A stretch of DNA of 64,000 nucleotides, from the IMG/VR virus record IMGVR_UViG_3300035698_026924; one strand, written 5' to 3'. A program made the position numbers and the translations under genes. The notes below the pieces were generated by a model. That model did not search any database. It was given only the letters and a program-made list of their open reading frames with translations, and was not told the DNA's origin. Source of the stretch: an uncultured virus (IMG/VR IMGVR_UViG_3300035698_026924) (Duplodnaviria; Heunggongvirae; Uroviricota; Caudoviricetes). Of this stretch, positions 47,509-56,808 are shown piece after piece; the stretch's first letter is position 1; every line of letters begins with the position of its first letter.

Positions 47509-48416
47509 TTTTTAGCTCTTTTAATTTTAAACATATACTTGTTTATTGCTTCTGCTATTTTAGAAGGGCTGTCTGTTTTGATAGATGCTGAATTAACTCC
47601 ATATATTGATTTTACACTAAGCGGTGATCCTATATTGATTTCAATAATATAAGTGCTCAATCCTTCTGATGCTGCTAAAACACTAAGGCCACTGCCACAC
47701 CCAACCACGCAAGCAGCCCTCTCTATCATCACTTTAGCTTGTTTCCATGTACATCCTCTAGCATCGACGCCACCTTCTAGCGGTGGGTCGTCTTTAGATC
47801 CAGTCCATACAACTGGTATATCAAGATTTCTTAATAATTCATTATACTTATCTATTGACCACGTACATTCATGTGGCGGTTTAGATAAAGTATAACTGTT
47901 ATATTCTAAGACAATGTACTGATCGCCTTTTAATCCATGCTTTTGGCAGAATCCGTCATGCCAAGAATAATCGTTAATACCATGAGGGAAACAGGGTCTT
48001 TTAGGAATTTTTAAAGATTTTATGCCACCATTGTGCAAAACATTATCAACAATATTTCCACCTATGTTCCAGCCAGACACACCAACCAGTGGAAATACGG
48101 ATTTAAATAATCCTAAATTATCACAATATTTTTTCCAACCTTGCCTATCTTCTATAGATGCATGAGGCAATGGTAAAACCAACACTCCCAAGCAATTGGC
48201 GGCTTCATCAAATTGCTTGTAATATCTTTCGCTAATTCCCCACACAATATTGTGATTAGGATATTCACTTCTATAATGTCTTACAACAACGGAACTATGA
48301 AGAACATCACCAAAATTACGACATCCTTCAATGAATATAGTTTTATTTTTAGGCCAATCATTATATATTTCAAGAATTTTGTCTATCCTGTCAATACCAT
48401 CTTGATAAAGACTCAT
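47505..48416 (-). CDS. GT9-like glycosyltransferase, paralog of the downstream gene
   Basis: RNFGDVLHSSVVVRHYR..YP; LEYNSY; VDARG; VVGCGSGLSVLAA. Confidence 0.75.
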   Translation of the reverse strand: MSLYQDGIDRIDKILEIYNDWPKNKTIFIEGCRNFGDVLHSSVVVRHYRSEYPNHNIVWGISERYYKQFDEAANCLGVLVLPLPHASIEDRQGWKKYCDNLGLFKSVFPLVGVSGWNIGGNIVDNVLHNGGIKSLKIPKRPCFPHGINDYSWHDGFCQKHGLKGDQYIVLEYNSYTLSKPPHECTWSIDKYNELLRNLDIPVVWTGSKDDPPLEGGVDARGCTWKQAKVMIERAACVVGCGSGLSVLAASEGLSTYIIEINIGSPLSVKSIYGVNSASIKTDSPSKIAEAINKYMFKIKRAKK

Positions 48417-49036
48417 TTTTTTCTCCTCAAATCCCAGTCGTTTTTACTAAAAACAGAAGCTGGATTGCCAATCGCTACATGATTATCAGGAACATCTTTA
48501 ATAACTACAGCACCCATACCGATTATTGAATTTTTTCCTATTTTTATTCCTTCTTTTATCAATGCGCCAGCGCCAATATAGACTTTATTTCCAATATCAC
48601 AATTACCACCAACAGCGGCATTAGGACCAACAGTACTAAAATCACCAATGACAGTGTCGTGTCCAATAGTTGCGTTATAATTAATTAAAACATGACTTTT
48701 AATTGTTGAATTCGGAGCTACAACAGATCCTGGAGCTAATATTGACCCATAGCCAGTAGACCCACAAGATCCATAAGTTTTAGAATCAACATTAAAACAT
48801 TTTCCTATCTTAATCACATCACTCAAATATGGTTCTATTTCTTTCAACATTCTTTCTTTAATATCACATTTTCCTGATCCAAGATATAAATTAGAACATT
48901 CATCTATTTCATTGATTTTGCACGTTCTAAAGCAATGAATATCATTGTTAGTTATTAATTTGGAATATAATCCACTCTTTTCGGCGTATAAATACAATTC
49001 CTTAGCAAATGAACCATCTCCGATGATCACTATCAC
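48413..49036 (-). CDS. PerB/NeuD/PglD-like sugar acetyltransferase
   Basis: IIGDGSFAKE N-terminus, hexapeptide repeats, IGHD, IGMGAVVIKDVP...GNPA. Confidence 0.88.
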   Translation of the reverse strand: MIVIIGDGSFAKELYLYAEKSGLYSKLITNNDIHCFRTCKINEIDECSNLYLGSGKCDIKERMLKEIEPYLSDVIKIGKCFNVDSKTYGSCGSTGYGSILAPGSVVAPNSTIKSHVLINYNATIGHDTVIGDFSTVGPNAAVGGNCDIGNKVYIGAGALIKEGIKIGKNSIIGMGAVVIKDVPDNHVAIGNPASVFSKNDWDLRRKK

Positions 49037-50286
49037 CTAACAATTCCCCAAATTTTGTTTTTTTCAGCTTCACAATTTTTAAAATCATCTCTTGTGTTAT
49101 TGATGCCCATTTGCGTTTTAAATAATTTAGAGCATTGCTTATCCGATGGGGGCTCATTTTTGTCTATCCATTCTTTTAAACCATTAAAGACTTTTATCAT
49201 TTCGTCATTTGTAGGACACCTTAATTTATGAGCCCACATAAAACATTCTTTCTCATGTCCTGGAAACATAGACTGAAGATGTAAATTCTGAGCTTCTTTA
49301 CAATCTGTGAGCTTCTTTCTTAAATCATCAAGTTTTACTTTAGCATTTATTCTGTCTTCTTCACTATATTTTTCTGCTATTTTTCTTGCTTCCTGAACAG
49401 CCGCTGACTTCTCAGCATCAGCTTGTCTCGTGTACATGCCGGAGGTTTTTTCATTTTCAGGAATAGACTTCGTTACTTTGTCAATAGCCTTGTCAAAAGA
49501 CACGTATGGGAATGCTTTTAGAGAACTTTCTTTATTACAATTGTATACATTATAATTCATCTTTTTGAAAGTCCCGTTTAACTCACCAAACCATGCCTTC
49601 ATGCTGTTATAGGTGCTCATATTACCATTAATGCTGCCTCTATTTCTGTCTTGTTCAAAATGATATTTAGTGCTGTTGTCCATATAAAAATCAACACCAA
49701 GAAGATACACATTTCTTATGCCCATGAGATATAAAATTCTCATCGCCGCCATGAAAACAGATCTTCCGCCACCAACTTTTGAATGGTTGCCCCAATTGAT
49801 TGTATCCTCAAACATATATTGATCAGTGTTTACTACTTCATTTCTTCTATAATAAGTAACATTTGGGCAGTCCCCAACTTTTGTATTAACATCTTTCCAT
49901 TCGCCACTATTAAAGAGTCTTTTCTCTATATGAGATATTGGAACAATCTTTTCAATTTTTGGGTCAAGCCAAATAGAAGCCAAAAAGTTAGATGGGCTAT
50001 CAACACAGGTCCACAAGTTTGGTCTAAAGCTAGATGGGCTATTGTTTATACCAATAGTTAAAACCCCAGGCCTACTAAGCTTTTCTTTATCAATTTTTTT
50101 AAAGCTAGGACCACCTGCTATAAGAAATGCGCTACCGCCGTTATACCTATTCAAAGGAATATTAGCTAAATCCTTTGAAAAAAACATAGGCGACGTAGAA
50201 AAGAAGTCACCAAATTTCAAGTCACCATTATCGAAATCAGGACGAAACACATCAACTTTTGCATAGTCTTCTTCAATATTACTCAT
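49033..50286 (-). CDS. DUF115/MptE-like (Maf-type) protein, possible glycosyltransferase
   Basis: FLIAGGPSF, IGINN, WTCVD, LYLMGIRNVYLLGVDF, VYNCNKESSL. Confidence 0.65.
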   Translation of the reverse strand: MSNIEEDYAKVDVFRPDFDNGDLKFGDFFSTSPMFFSKDLANIPLNRYNGGSAFLIAGGPSFKKIDKEKLSRPGVLTIGINNSPSSFRPNLWTCVDSPSNFLASIWLDPKIEKIVPISHIEKRLFNSGEWKDVNTKVGDCPNVTYYRRNEVVNTDQYMFEDTINWGNHSKVGGGRSVFMAAMRILYLMGIRNVYLLGVDFYMDNSTKYHFEQDRNRGSINGNMSTYNSMKAWFGELNGTFKKMNYNVYNCNKESSLKAFPYVSFDKAIDKVTKSIPENEKTSGMYTRQADAEKSAAVQEARKIAEKYSEEDRINAKVKLDDLRKKLTDCKEAQNLHLQSMFPGHEKECFMWAHKLRCPTNDEMIKVFNGLKEWIDKNEPPSDKQCSKLFKTQMGINNTRDDFKNCEAEKNKIWGIVR

Positions 50287-50317
50287 ACAAATAAGTACTG
50301 AAGAAGATCACAAAAGA

Positions 50318-53098
50318 CTAACAGTTTATTTGAAGTTGTCCAAGAACAAATTCATTAAATCCCTTATTTTGATCGCTTATTTTGGCGTCTCTTATCATGG
50401 TGCCTGGCCACATCCTATATCCTATTTTGCCAAGAGGCAAAGAACTAACTGGGAAATAAGGAGTGGTAACAGCTACTGGAACTGGCAATTGCGAAGATGC
50501 AACTTGACTTGGTGTAACCAAGTAACCATTCCACCATATCCATAACTGATTGTCACGTTTCATTACCAGAAAATCATTCCATTTTTCAGTGTCAACACCA
50601 ACTGGATTTGGTAAAAAGCCGCCTTCATAAACTCTGAATTCTTCTGGGTTGGAATCAACATCGGCTCCAATACCATCAGAGATAAAACCAGTCTGAATAA
50701 ACGGATCACTAATAGAAAATTCTCCTGGTAAGAATCCTCTCACATAATCGTCATTAGTTGTTTCTGGATCATTAAGTCCATACGCTGTGCTCATGCTTAA
50801 AGTGCCAGCAATCACCTGCAGTTGAACTGACTCTTGTCCTTGAGTCCTATTAATACTAAATTCTAATCTGACCGCTGGAGCCGTGAAGTCAGAATGTAAC
50901 AATTGAATTACTACAGTGTTTGTTGGAACTGAAACAAGCTCTTGCGGGAATGTTGTTATATCAGTGGCACCAGTAATAGATGTTACAGACGTTATAGATG
51001 TAATATCAGTGACACCAGTTGGACATCCATAGCCAGAATAACTTAATATAAAATCTTCATCAAATGGAAAAATATCATCATAACCAACTAGTATGATATT
51101 GTCTCCATCAAATACCTTAGTCTGATATTTCCAAACAATATCTCTGTAAACGCCTATCAATACCCTCATTGCACCGCTAGATGGAAGATCGCTCCAACTA
51201 ACACCACTAACTTTTATAAACGGAAGATTTGCAAATGGGCCAGTTTCATAAATTCCACGTTCAATAACTTTAGTATAAATATCAGTAACATGATCTATTG
51301 GACCACCAACTATTAAGTCTATAGGTGGAAAAGAATCTTGTTCTGACGTTGGCATACCAATTTTAGATTCAAATAAAAAATTAGCATGGTTTTGTCTATC
51401 CCAAAGCCATATAGGCCTATCACTAACACCAGATGCAGTAACATTCATATTTGTCGCTAATATAGCCAGATCTCTAACATCAATTATTCCGTCTTTGTTT
51501 AGATCAGCATCTTGGTTATAACATTGATCACCTTCAACAGTATTCATTGCGTCCATTAAAATTTTTAAATCTTTATCATCAACAATGCCATCGCCATTGA
51601 TGTCGCCACGATTATCTCTTGGAGTCTCAGTGACTAGCATTCCTGGAATGCCATAATCAATAGTTGCTTGTATCCTATTGTTTACCAGAGTGCCACCAGG
51701 TTCATATTCGTTATCTTCATTAATGCAACCATCATCTGGAAGAAGAAGATTATTTTCTAAATTAGTTATGCCCCACTGGTCCTGTTCAAATAACCTTACA
51801 TCAGAAACATCACTTATAGCTGCTCTTGTCTCTGTTCCAGTGCCGTAGGTTCCTATTTGATGATTTTCTTCATCTCTCTGTTCAAATAAATCACCAAACC
51901 GCACACCGCCAGATAACGACCAAACATGGTCAGGATTCATTTGTGGCTGTTTATTAAAAAATGACTGAAATATTCTAGTTCCGTTTTGTTCGTCAGTTTG
52001 AAACTGATATAATTCTATGATATCCCCAACTTCCAACAGCTGTACAGTTTTATCTAAAGTTAATGACGTTGGAGTTGCATCACCATTTTCTGGATTTGAA
52101 TAATTCCATACATTCTGTGCCATAAAGTCTTCGCCGATAACTTCTGCATCTTGTATAGACCATTTCTTTACTTTATAAAGGTTGTTAGACAATACATTTT
52201 GGTCATAGCCAGTCACAACAGCGTTTATTCTGGTTATTGTTGCCCCGTTATATAATAAAGATCCTAAAAGACCAGGCTCTGATTCTTGATTTAGTTCAAA
52301 CTTTACTTGACGACCTTCATTATCGCTGCCCATAAACCATACGCATTCTGGTATCTGCGCTGGCCCAGGGGTCATTGACCACCCAACATTAGTTTCTAAA
52401 TTGTCTCTTCTTTTTAACACCAGTTCTAATTGTGATGTATTAACATCATTGCCATGTTCATATCTCTTAAATAATAACGCTGGTACTGAACTCTTATTAT
52501 TAAAAAATTCTTCTGGTTTATTAGGATTAAAAATAGTACTTTCTGGATAAGAATATATCTTCATTTCGCCATAACCAGTAATATCTGGCATTATACCATT
52601 ACAACTTGGCGGTCTGACAGCTCTAGTTTCAGACTCATCTTGAATCCAAAAGATTTGAGCACATTCTTCACAATTGCAAGAAAGCGGTATTGGAGAGTCG
52701 ACAGTAAATCTTATTACATTACCAACTCTTTCAAGACTGATAAATTCACTGCCTGCTGCAAGAATAATATCACCCTGCATGAACCCGCCATCATCTGGGA
52801 ATCCAGCTCCTTGAAACCCTAATACACCAAGCCTCATTTGAGTGATAGAGTCTAACCTAGCTTTATCTTCTGCAGACAACAAACCGCGCAAATATTGGCT
52901 GGCTTCTGGAATAGGATCTTCAGCCACATGGGTTGGGCCATGAAAGCTTGGGATAATTATTTGAGATTCTCTACGAATTAAAGTGTTAGTCTCTTTATCG
53001 TATTGATAAGCTGTAGTAGATCCATCTGGGCCTGGGATCTCAATGAACTGCCTATCAACTAGAGAATTAGCGGGTGGAATACCAATAGTTAGTGACAT
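50318..53098 (-). CDS. Large virion-type protein with dockerin-like repeat and Thr/Ser-rich tract
   Basis: RGLLSAEDKARLD fiber motif; GDINGDGIVDDKDL...ADLNKDGIIDVRDL; TDITSITSVTSITGATDITT. Confidence 0.75.
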   Translation of the reverse strand: MSLTIGIPPANSLVDRQFIEIPGPDGSTTAYQYDKETNTLIRRESQIIIPSFHGPTHVAEDPIPEASQYLRGLLSAEDKARLDSITQMRLGVLGFQGAGFPDDGGFMQGDIILAAGSEFISLERVGNVIRFTVDSPIPLSCNCEECAQIFWIQDESETRAVRPPSCNGIMPDITGYGEMKIYSYPESTIFNPNKPEEFFNNKSSVPALLFKRYEHGNDVNTSQLELVLKRRDNLETNVGWSMTPGPAQIPECVWFMGSDNEGRQVKFELNQESEPGLLGSLLYNGATITRINAVVTGYDQNVLSNNLYKVKKWSIQDAEVIGEDFMAQNVWNYSNPENGDATPTSLTLDKTVQLLEVGDIIELYQFQTDEQNGTRIFQSFFNKQPQMNPDHVWSLSGGVRFGDLFEQRDEENHQIGTYGTGTETRAAISDVSDVRLFEQDQWGITNLENNLLLPDDGCINEDNEYEPGGTLVNNRIQATIDYGIPGMLVTETPRDNRGDINGDGIVDDKDLKILMDAMNTVEGDQCYNQDADLNKDGIIDVRDLAILATNMNVTASGVSDRPIWLWDRQNHANFLFESKIGMPTSEQDSFPPIDLIVGGPIDHVTDIYTKVIERGIYETGPFANLPFIKVSGVSWSDLPSSGAMRVLIGVYRDIVWKYQTKVFDGDNIILVGYDDIFPFDEDFILSYSGYGCPTGVTDITSITSVTSITGATDITTFPQELVSVPTNTVVIQLLHSDFTAPAVRLEFSINRTQGQESVQLQVIAGTLSMSTAYGLNDPETTNDDYVRGFLPGEFSISDPFIQTGFISDGIGADVDSNPEEFRVYEGGFLPNPVGVDTEKWNDFLVMKRDNQLWIWWNGYLVTPSQVASSQLPVPVAVTTPYFPVSSLPLGKIGYRMWPGTMIRDAKISDQNKGFNEFVLGQLQINC

Positions 53099-53120
53099 AT
53101 TTACCTCTCATTAAATTTGA

Positions 53121-53384
53121 TTAGGCTATGTTAACTGGCTGCCACACAGCTTGTATCTTACTGATACTCTTTTTAACATATAAGATATTTAAGCGTGTAT
53201 TGTAATAATACTCATCATGGCTATATCTTGGGTCAGGTTCTTTAAACAGCATAGGAACTCTATCTGAACCAAGATGCTCGTTAAGCCAGAGAGATTCACC
53301 ACCTTGAGATGGTATTCCTCTTTTCTCTGACAATGTGTCAAAGAACTGCCTTCTGTTTTCTAATTTGTCGTTTTCAGTGCTCAT
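53121..53384 (-). CDS. Hypothetical protein
   Basis: 87 aa; TAAAATATA upstream. Confidence 0.7.
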   Translation of the reverse strand: MSTENDKLENRRQFFDTLSEKRGIPSQGGESLWLNEHLGSDRVPMLFKEPDPRYSHDEYYYNTRLNILYVKKSISKIQAVWQPVNIA

Positions 53385-53397
53385 CTGAATTTATATT

Positions 53398-54459
53398 TTA
53401 ACTCAAAATTTTGTAATTTGGAATGACATCATGGCAGTCGAAATTAACCATTTCTCTAGCAATATCATTATAGTCAAGAGTTGGCTCCCACCCTAATATT
53501 GATTTCGCCTTAGAATTATCTCCTAAAAGAAAATCAACTTCAGTTGGTCTAAAATATCTAGGATCAATTTCTATCATCAACTTACCATCGACATATCCTT
53601 TTTCATCTAAACCTTCCCCATTCCACTCAAGTTCGTATCCTTTTTCTTTAAAACAAAATTCAACCCAGTTTTTGATCGAGTATGTTTTTGACGTTGCGAT
53701 AACAAAATCATCTGCATTATTTTGCTGAAGCATCATCCACATTGCTCTAACGTAATCATAACTATGTCCTTCATCTCTGAAAGCATATAAATTCCCTAAT
53801 TTTAAAACACCACTTTTATCTTTATTTCCTAACCATCTGGTTACTTTTCTGGTTAAAAATGTCTCTCCTCTTCTGTATGAACTATGGTTAAACAATATCC
53901 CGTTACAAATAAATAGACCGTACGCTTCTCTGTAGTTTTTGCAAATCCAGTATCCATATTGTTTAGCCACGCCATACGGTGATCTAGGATGAAAAGGAAC
54001 ATCTTCGTTATATCCTGCAGATGGCATATTAGATTTTAAACCGCCAAAACATTCCGAAGTACAAGCAAAATAAACTTTTGTTCCTGGAGAATGGATTCTA
54101 ACAGCTTCTATTACTCTAAGAGTACCCAGCGCATCAACATCAGCAGTGTATTCTGGTATCTCAAAAGATACTTTAACATGAGAATTTGCAGCCAATTCAT
54201 ATAATTCGTCTGGTTTTATTTCAGCAATTAGTCTATTAGTGTTGCTGCTGTCAGTGATATCGCCATAATGAAGAAAAAATTTATCATTTTTCAAAGGATC
54301 ATTAATCAAGTGATCATTAATCAAGTGATCAATTCTAGAAGTGTTAAATGTAGAATTTCTCCTTACTACTCCATGTACTTCGTACCCCTTGTCCAACAAA
54401 AAGTCAGCTAAGTGACTTCCGTCCATTCCTGTTATTCCGTATATTAATGCAGTCCTCAT
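53398..54459 (-). CDS. gmd: GDP-mannose 4,6-dehydratase
   Basis: GITGMDGSHLADFLLDKGYEVHG, SHVKVSFEIPEYT, PRSPYGVAK, NGILFNH, YFRPTEVDFLLGD. Confidence 0.97.
   Translation of the reverse strand: MRTALIYGITGMDGSHLADFLLDKGYEVHGVVRRNSTFNTSRIDHLINDHLINDPLKNDKFFLHYGDITDSSNTNRLIAEIKPDELYELAANSHVKVSFEIPEYTADVDALGTLRVIEAVRIHSPGTKVYFACTSECFGGLKSNMPSAGYNEDVPFHPRSPYGVAKQYGYWICKNYREAYGLFICNGILFNHSSYRRGETFLTRKVTRWLGNKDKSGVLKLGNLYAFRDEGHSYDYVRAMWMMLQQNNADDFVIATSKTYSIKNWVEFCFKEKGYELEWNGEGLDEKGYVDGKLMIEIDPRYFRPTEVDFLLGDNSKAKSILGWEPTLDYNDIAREMVNFDCHDVIPNYKILS
54297..54331. repeat. 15-bp in-frame tandem duplication inside gmd
   Basis: GATCATTAATCAAGT twice, giving DHLINDHLIND. Confidence 0.9.
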
Positions 54460-54560
54460 TGTTTATTCCTCGTTGTTGTTTAGTTTAGCGCATTAACATT
54501 TATTTACAAAATTGTATGCTATAAAAGGATTAGTATTTATTAATAACTAAAGGAATATAC

Positions 54561-55505
54561 ATGAAATGTGACCTTCATCGCCATTTTTGTGGTTCAATAT
54601 CTTGCGATACAGTTTCTAAAATTAGCGGCATTAATTTAGATGATGTAAAAAAATTCATGACTTATCAAGATAATGACCCAAGAGATTACCAATATTTTTT
54701 CCAAAAATTTAAGATAATGGATAAAATAAAATGGGACAAATCCAATATAGAAATGTCAGTCATGGATGTTGTATGGGGTTTAAAAAGAGAAAAAATTGAT
54801 TATTGCGAAATAAAGTTTTCAATAAACAAATATTTAAAATTCCTTGATTGTGAAGAAGAAGAAATAATAACGTTGTTAGCATATTTTTTTGAAAAACATT
54901 CATCTCAATGGGGAATCCACATAGATTTAATTCTATCACTTAAACATAATATGGATAAAGACAGGCAATTGTCAATTTCTAAATGCATAAAAAACGAAAT
55001 TGTAGCAGAGTCAATTGCCGGAATAGACATTGTTGGTGACGAAAATCATTTTGATGTAGGCTTTTATGAGCCAATATTTAACATGTGGAACGACGCTGGC
55101 AAAATTTGTATGGCACATGTTGGCGAAATAAACAAGCCACAAAATGTTATTGATGCCATATCTAAATTAAAATTAGACAGAGTATGCCACGGAATAGCAG
55201 TATGCGACAATAAAGATATTGCAAAAATGTCTAGAGATTTAATGATTCCATTTGATATATGCTTAACAAGCAACATCTACACAGGAGTGGCAAAAAAAGA
55301 AAGTCACCCAGTAATAAAAATGTTAGAAAATGGTTTTTTAATAACCATAGGAACTGATGATCCGTCCATTCTTGACACAACCATAGAAAAAGAATATTCA
55401 TTGTTGAAAGAAATAACAAATTTAAACGACGAAGAAATAAGTATGATAAAAGAAGCAACTCCTGCATTTTCAGCATCTGAAATACTAAAGCGTAAACAAA
55501 GTTAA
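54561..55505 (+). CDS. Adenosine/adenine deaminase family protein
   Basis: DLHRHFCGS, AHVGE, RVCHGI, ICLTSN, IGTDDP: metal and catalytic residues present. Confidence 0.92.
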   Translation: MKCDLHRHFCGSISCDTVSKISGINLDDVKKFMTYQDNDPRDYQYFFQKFKIMDKIKWDKSNIEMSVMDVVWGLKREKIDYCEIKFSINKYLKFLDCEEEEIITLLAYFFEKHSSQWGIHIDLILSLKHNMDKDRQLSISKCIKNEIVAESIAGIDIVGDENHFDVGFYEPIFNMWNDAGKICMAHVGEINKPQNVIDAISKLKLDRVCHGIAVCDNKDIAKMSRDLMIPFDICLTSNIYTGVAKKESHPVIKMLENGFLITIGTDDPSILDTTIEKEYSLLKEITNLNDEEISMIKEATPAFSASEILKRKQS

Positions 55506-55508
55506 AAT

Positions 55509-56213
55509 ATGAAGTTATACGAAATGAACAACGATAAAAACGACTCAAACCGCCTTGTATTTGTGCAGAAAGGCGTTTTATTGACATGTGGGTACGGTCG
55601 TGTTTATGATTTTGATTATAACAATTGGCACGCCGATCCAAGACCAAAGGCTTTATCACTAGGAAAATTCAAATCGAATAAAGGCAACAATTTATTTGCT
55701 GGTATAAATCTTAATTATTTGTCACCAGAACAAGTGCAAAGATTACAACAAAATCTGCAGCCAATACTAAGAAATCGCAATTTAAGACACAGAGCAAGAA
55801 AATTAAGAGCGTTAATGCCAGACGTTTTTAATTCAGCTTATAGAACATATAACAAAGGTGAAATGGATACAGTTGACCCAAGTACTCTCAGATTCATGAG
55901 TGTGCAAAAAGATGCTGATAGACCGCCAGTTTCAAAAGATTTTAATGCCCCAACACCAGAAGAAGATCCAACTTCCACTACTAGTGTTGATGACGTTGAA
56001 CAAATGGCAACCAGCCTTGGTGGCAACCTAGCAGATAGGATAAAATCACGTCATGACGATCCAGAAGCAGTAGATAAAGAGACACCGAATTTAGATCCAA
56101 AAAGTCCAATAAAGACTATTAAGCCAGAAAAAACCACTGATGAACCAAAAGAATTAGGCAGCGATGAAACCGAACCATCAGAGGAAGAGACAGAGGAAGA
56201 GGAAGAAATATAG
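55509..56213 (+). CDS. T4 gp2-like DNA end protector (putative) with acidic tail
   Basis: DPRP..L, FAGINLNYLS, AYRTY recall the gp2 G[L/I]NLHYL motif. Confidence 0.55.
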   Translation: MKLYEMNNDKNDSNRLVFVQKGVLLTCGYGRVYDFDYNNWHADPRPKALSLGKFKSNKGNNLFAGINLNYLSPEQVQRLQQNLQPILRNRNLRHRARKLRALMPDVFNSAYRTYNKGEMDTVDPSTLRFMSVQKDADRPPVSKDFNAPTPEEDPTSTTSVDDVEQMATSLGGNLADRIKSRHDDPEAVDKETPNLDPKSPIKTIKPEKTTDEPKELGSDETEPSEEETEEEEEI

Positions 56214-56808
56214 CGCCAATGTCGATTCTTCTTCAATAGATTCATTAAAAGATTTTTTTGAAGAACATGATGATTATACAAATCCAGAAATAGCCTGTAA
56301 ATACCAAATACCAATAAGCACTGTCAGATATTGGCGCAAAAAAATAGGCCAAAAAGGCAAGGCCATTTTAGAGTATACAAGGAAACCACAAAAAGTAGAA
56401 CGATTACCAGAAGAAGTGTGGGACAACGCAGAGTGGTTCAAAAAAACATATGCTGACCAAAAAATTGGCGCTTACACAATAGCTAGAATAATCGGAATGT
56501 CAGCGCCAACTGTCTATAAAAGATTAAAAAGATACGGCATACAACAAAGAAACCACAAAGATGCAGTAAAATCAAAAAATGAATACTATAGCAAAGACTG
56601 GCTTGTAGAGAATTATTTAAGAGGTGGAAGATCATTAAGAGACATGGCAAGAGAAGCTAAAGTTAGTCCATACACAATATCAAATTGGTTAATAAGTTTT
56701 GGTATCATGCCTAGAAGTATAAACGCCAATGTGCCAAGAAGAATCATGAAAGATAGCATACAAAGATACATAGATAACAATGGAACAAGCGTACAGAAGA
56801 CTGATTAA
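56164..56808 (+). CDS. Multi-HTH DNA-binding protein
   Basis: Three HTH-like units: EIACKYQIPISTVRYW, TIARIIGMSAPTVYKRL, DMAREAKVSPYTISNWL. Confidence 0.8.
   Translation: MKPNHQRKRQRKRKKYSANVDSSSIDSLKDFFEEHDDYTNPEIACKYQIPISTVRYWRKKIGQKGKAILEYTRKPQKVERLPEEVWDNAEWFKKTYADQKIGAYTIARIIGMSAPTVYKRLKRYGIQQRNHKDAVKSKNEYYSKDWLVENYLRGGRSLRDMAREAKVSPYTISNWLISFGIMPRSINANVPRRIMKDSIQRYIDNNGTSVQKTD

Noticed and set aside
45635..54459. Bacterial O-antigen locus, i.e. window is cellular DNA
   Set aside because: No wzx, wzy or ABC exporter, no housekeeping context, and genes are interleaved with phage structural-type genes
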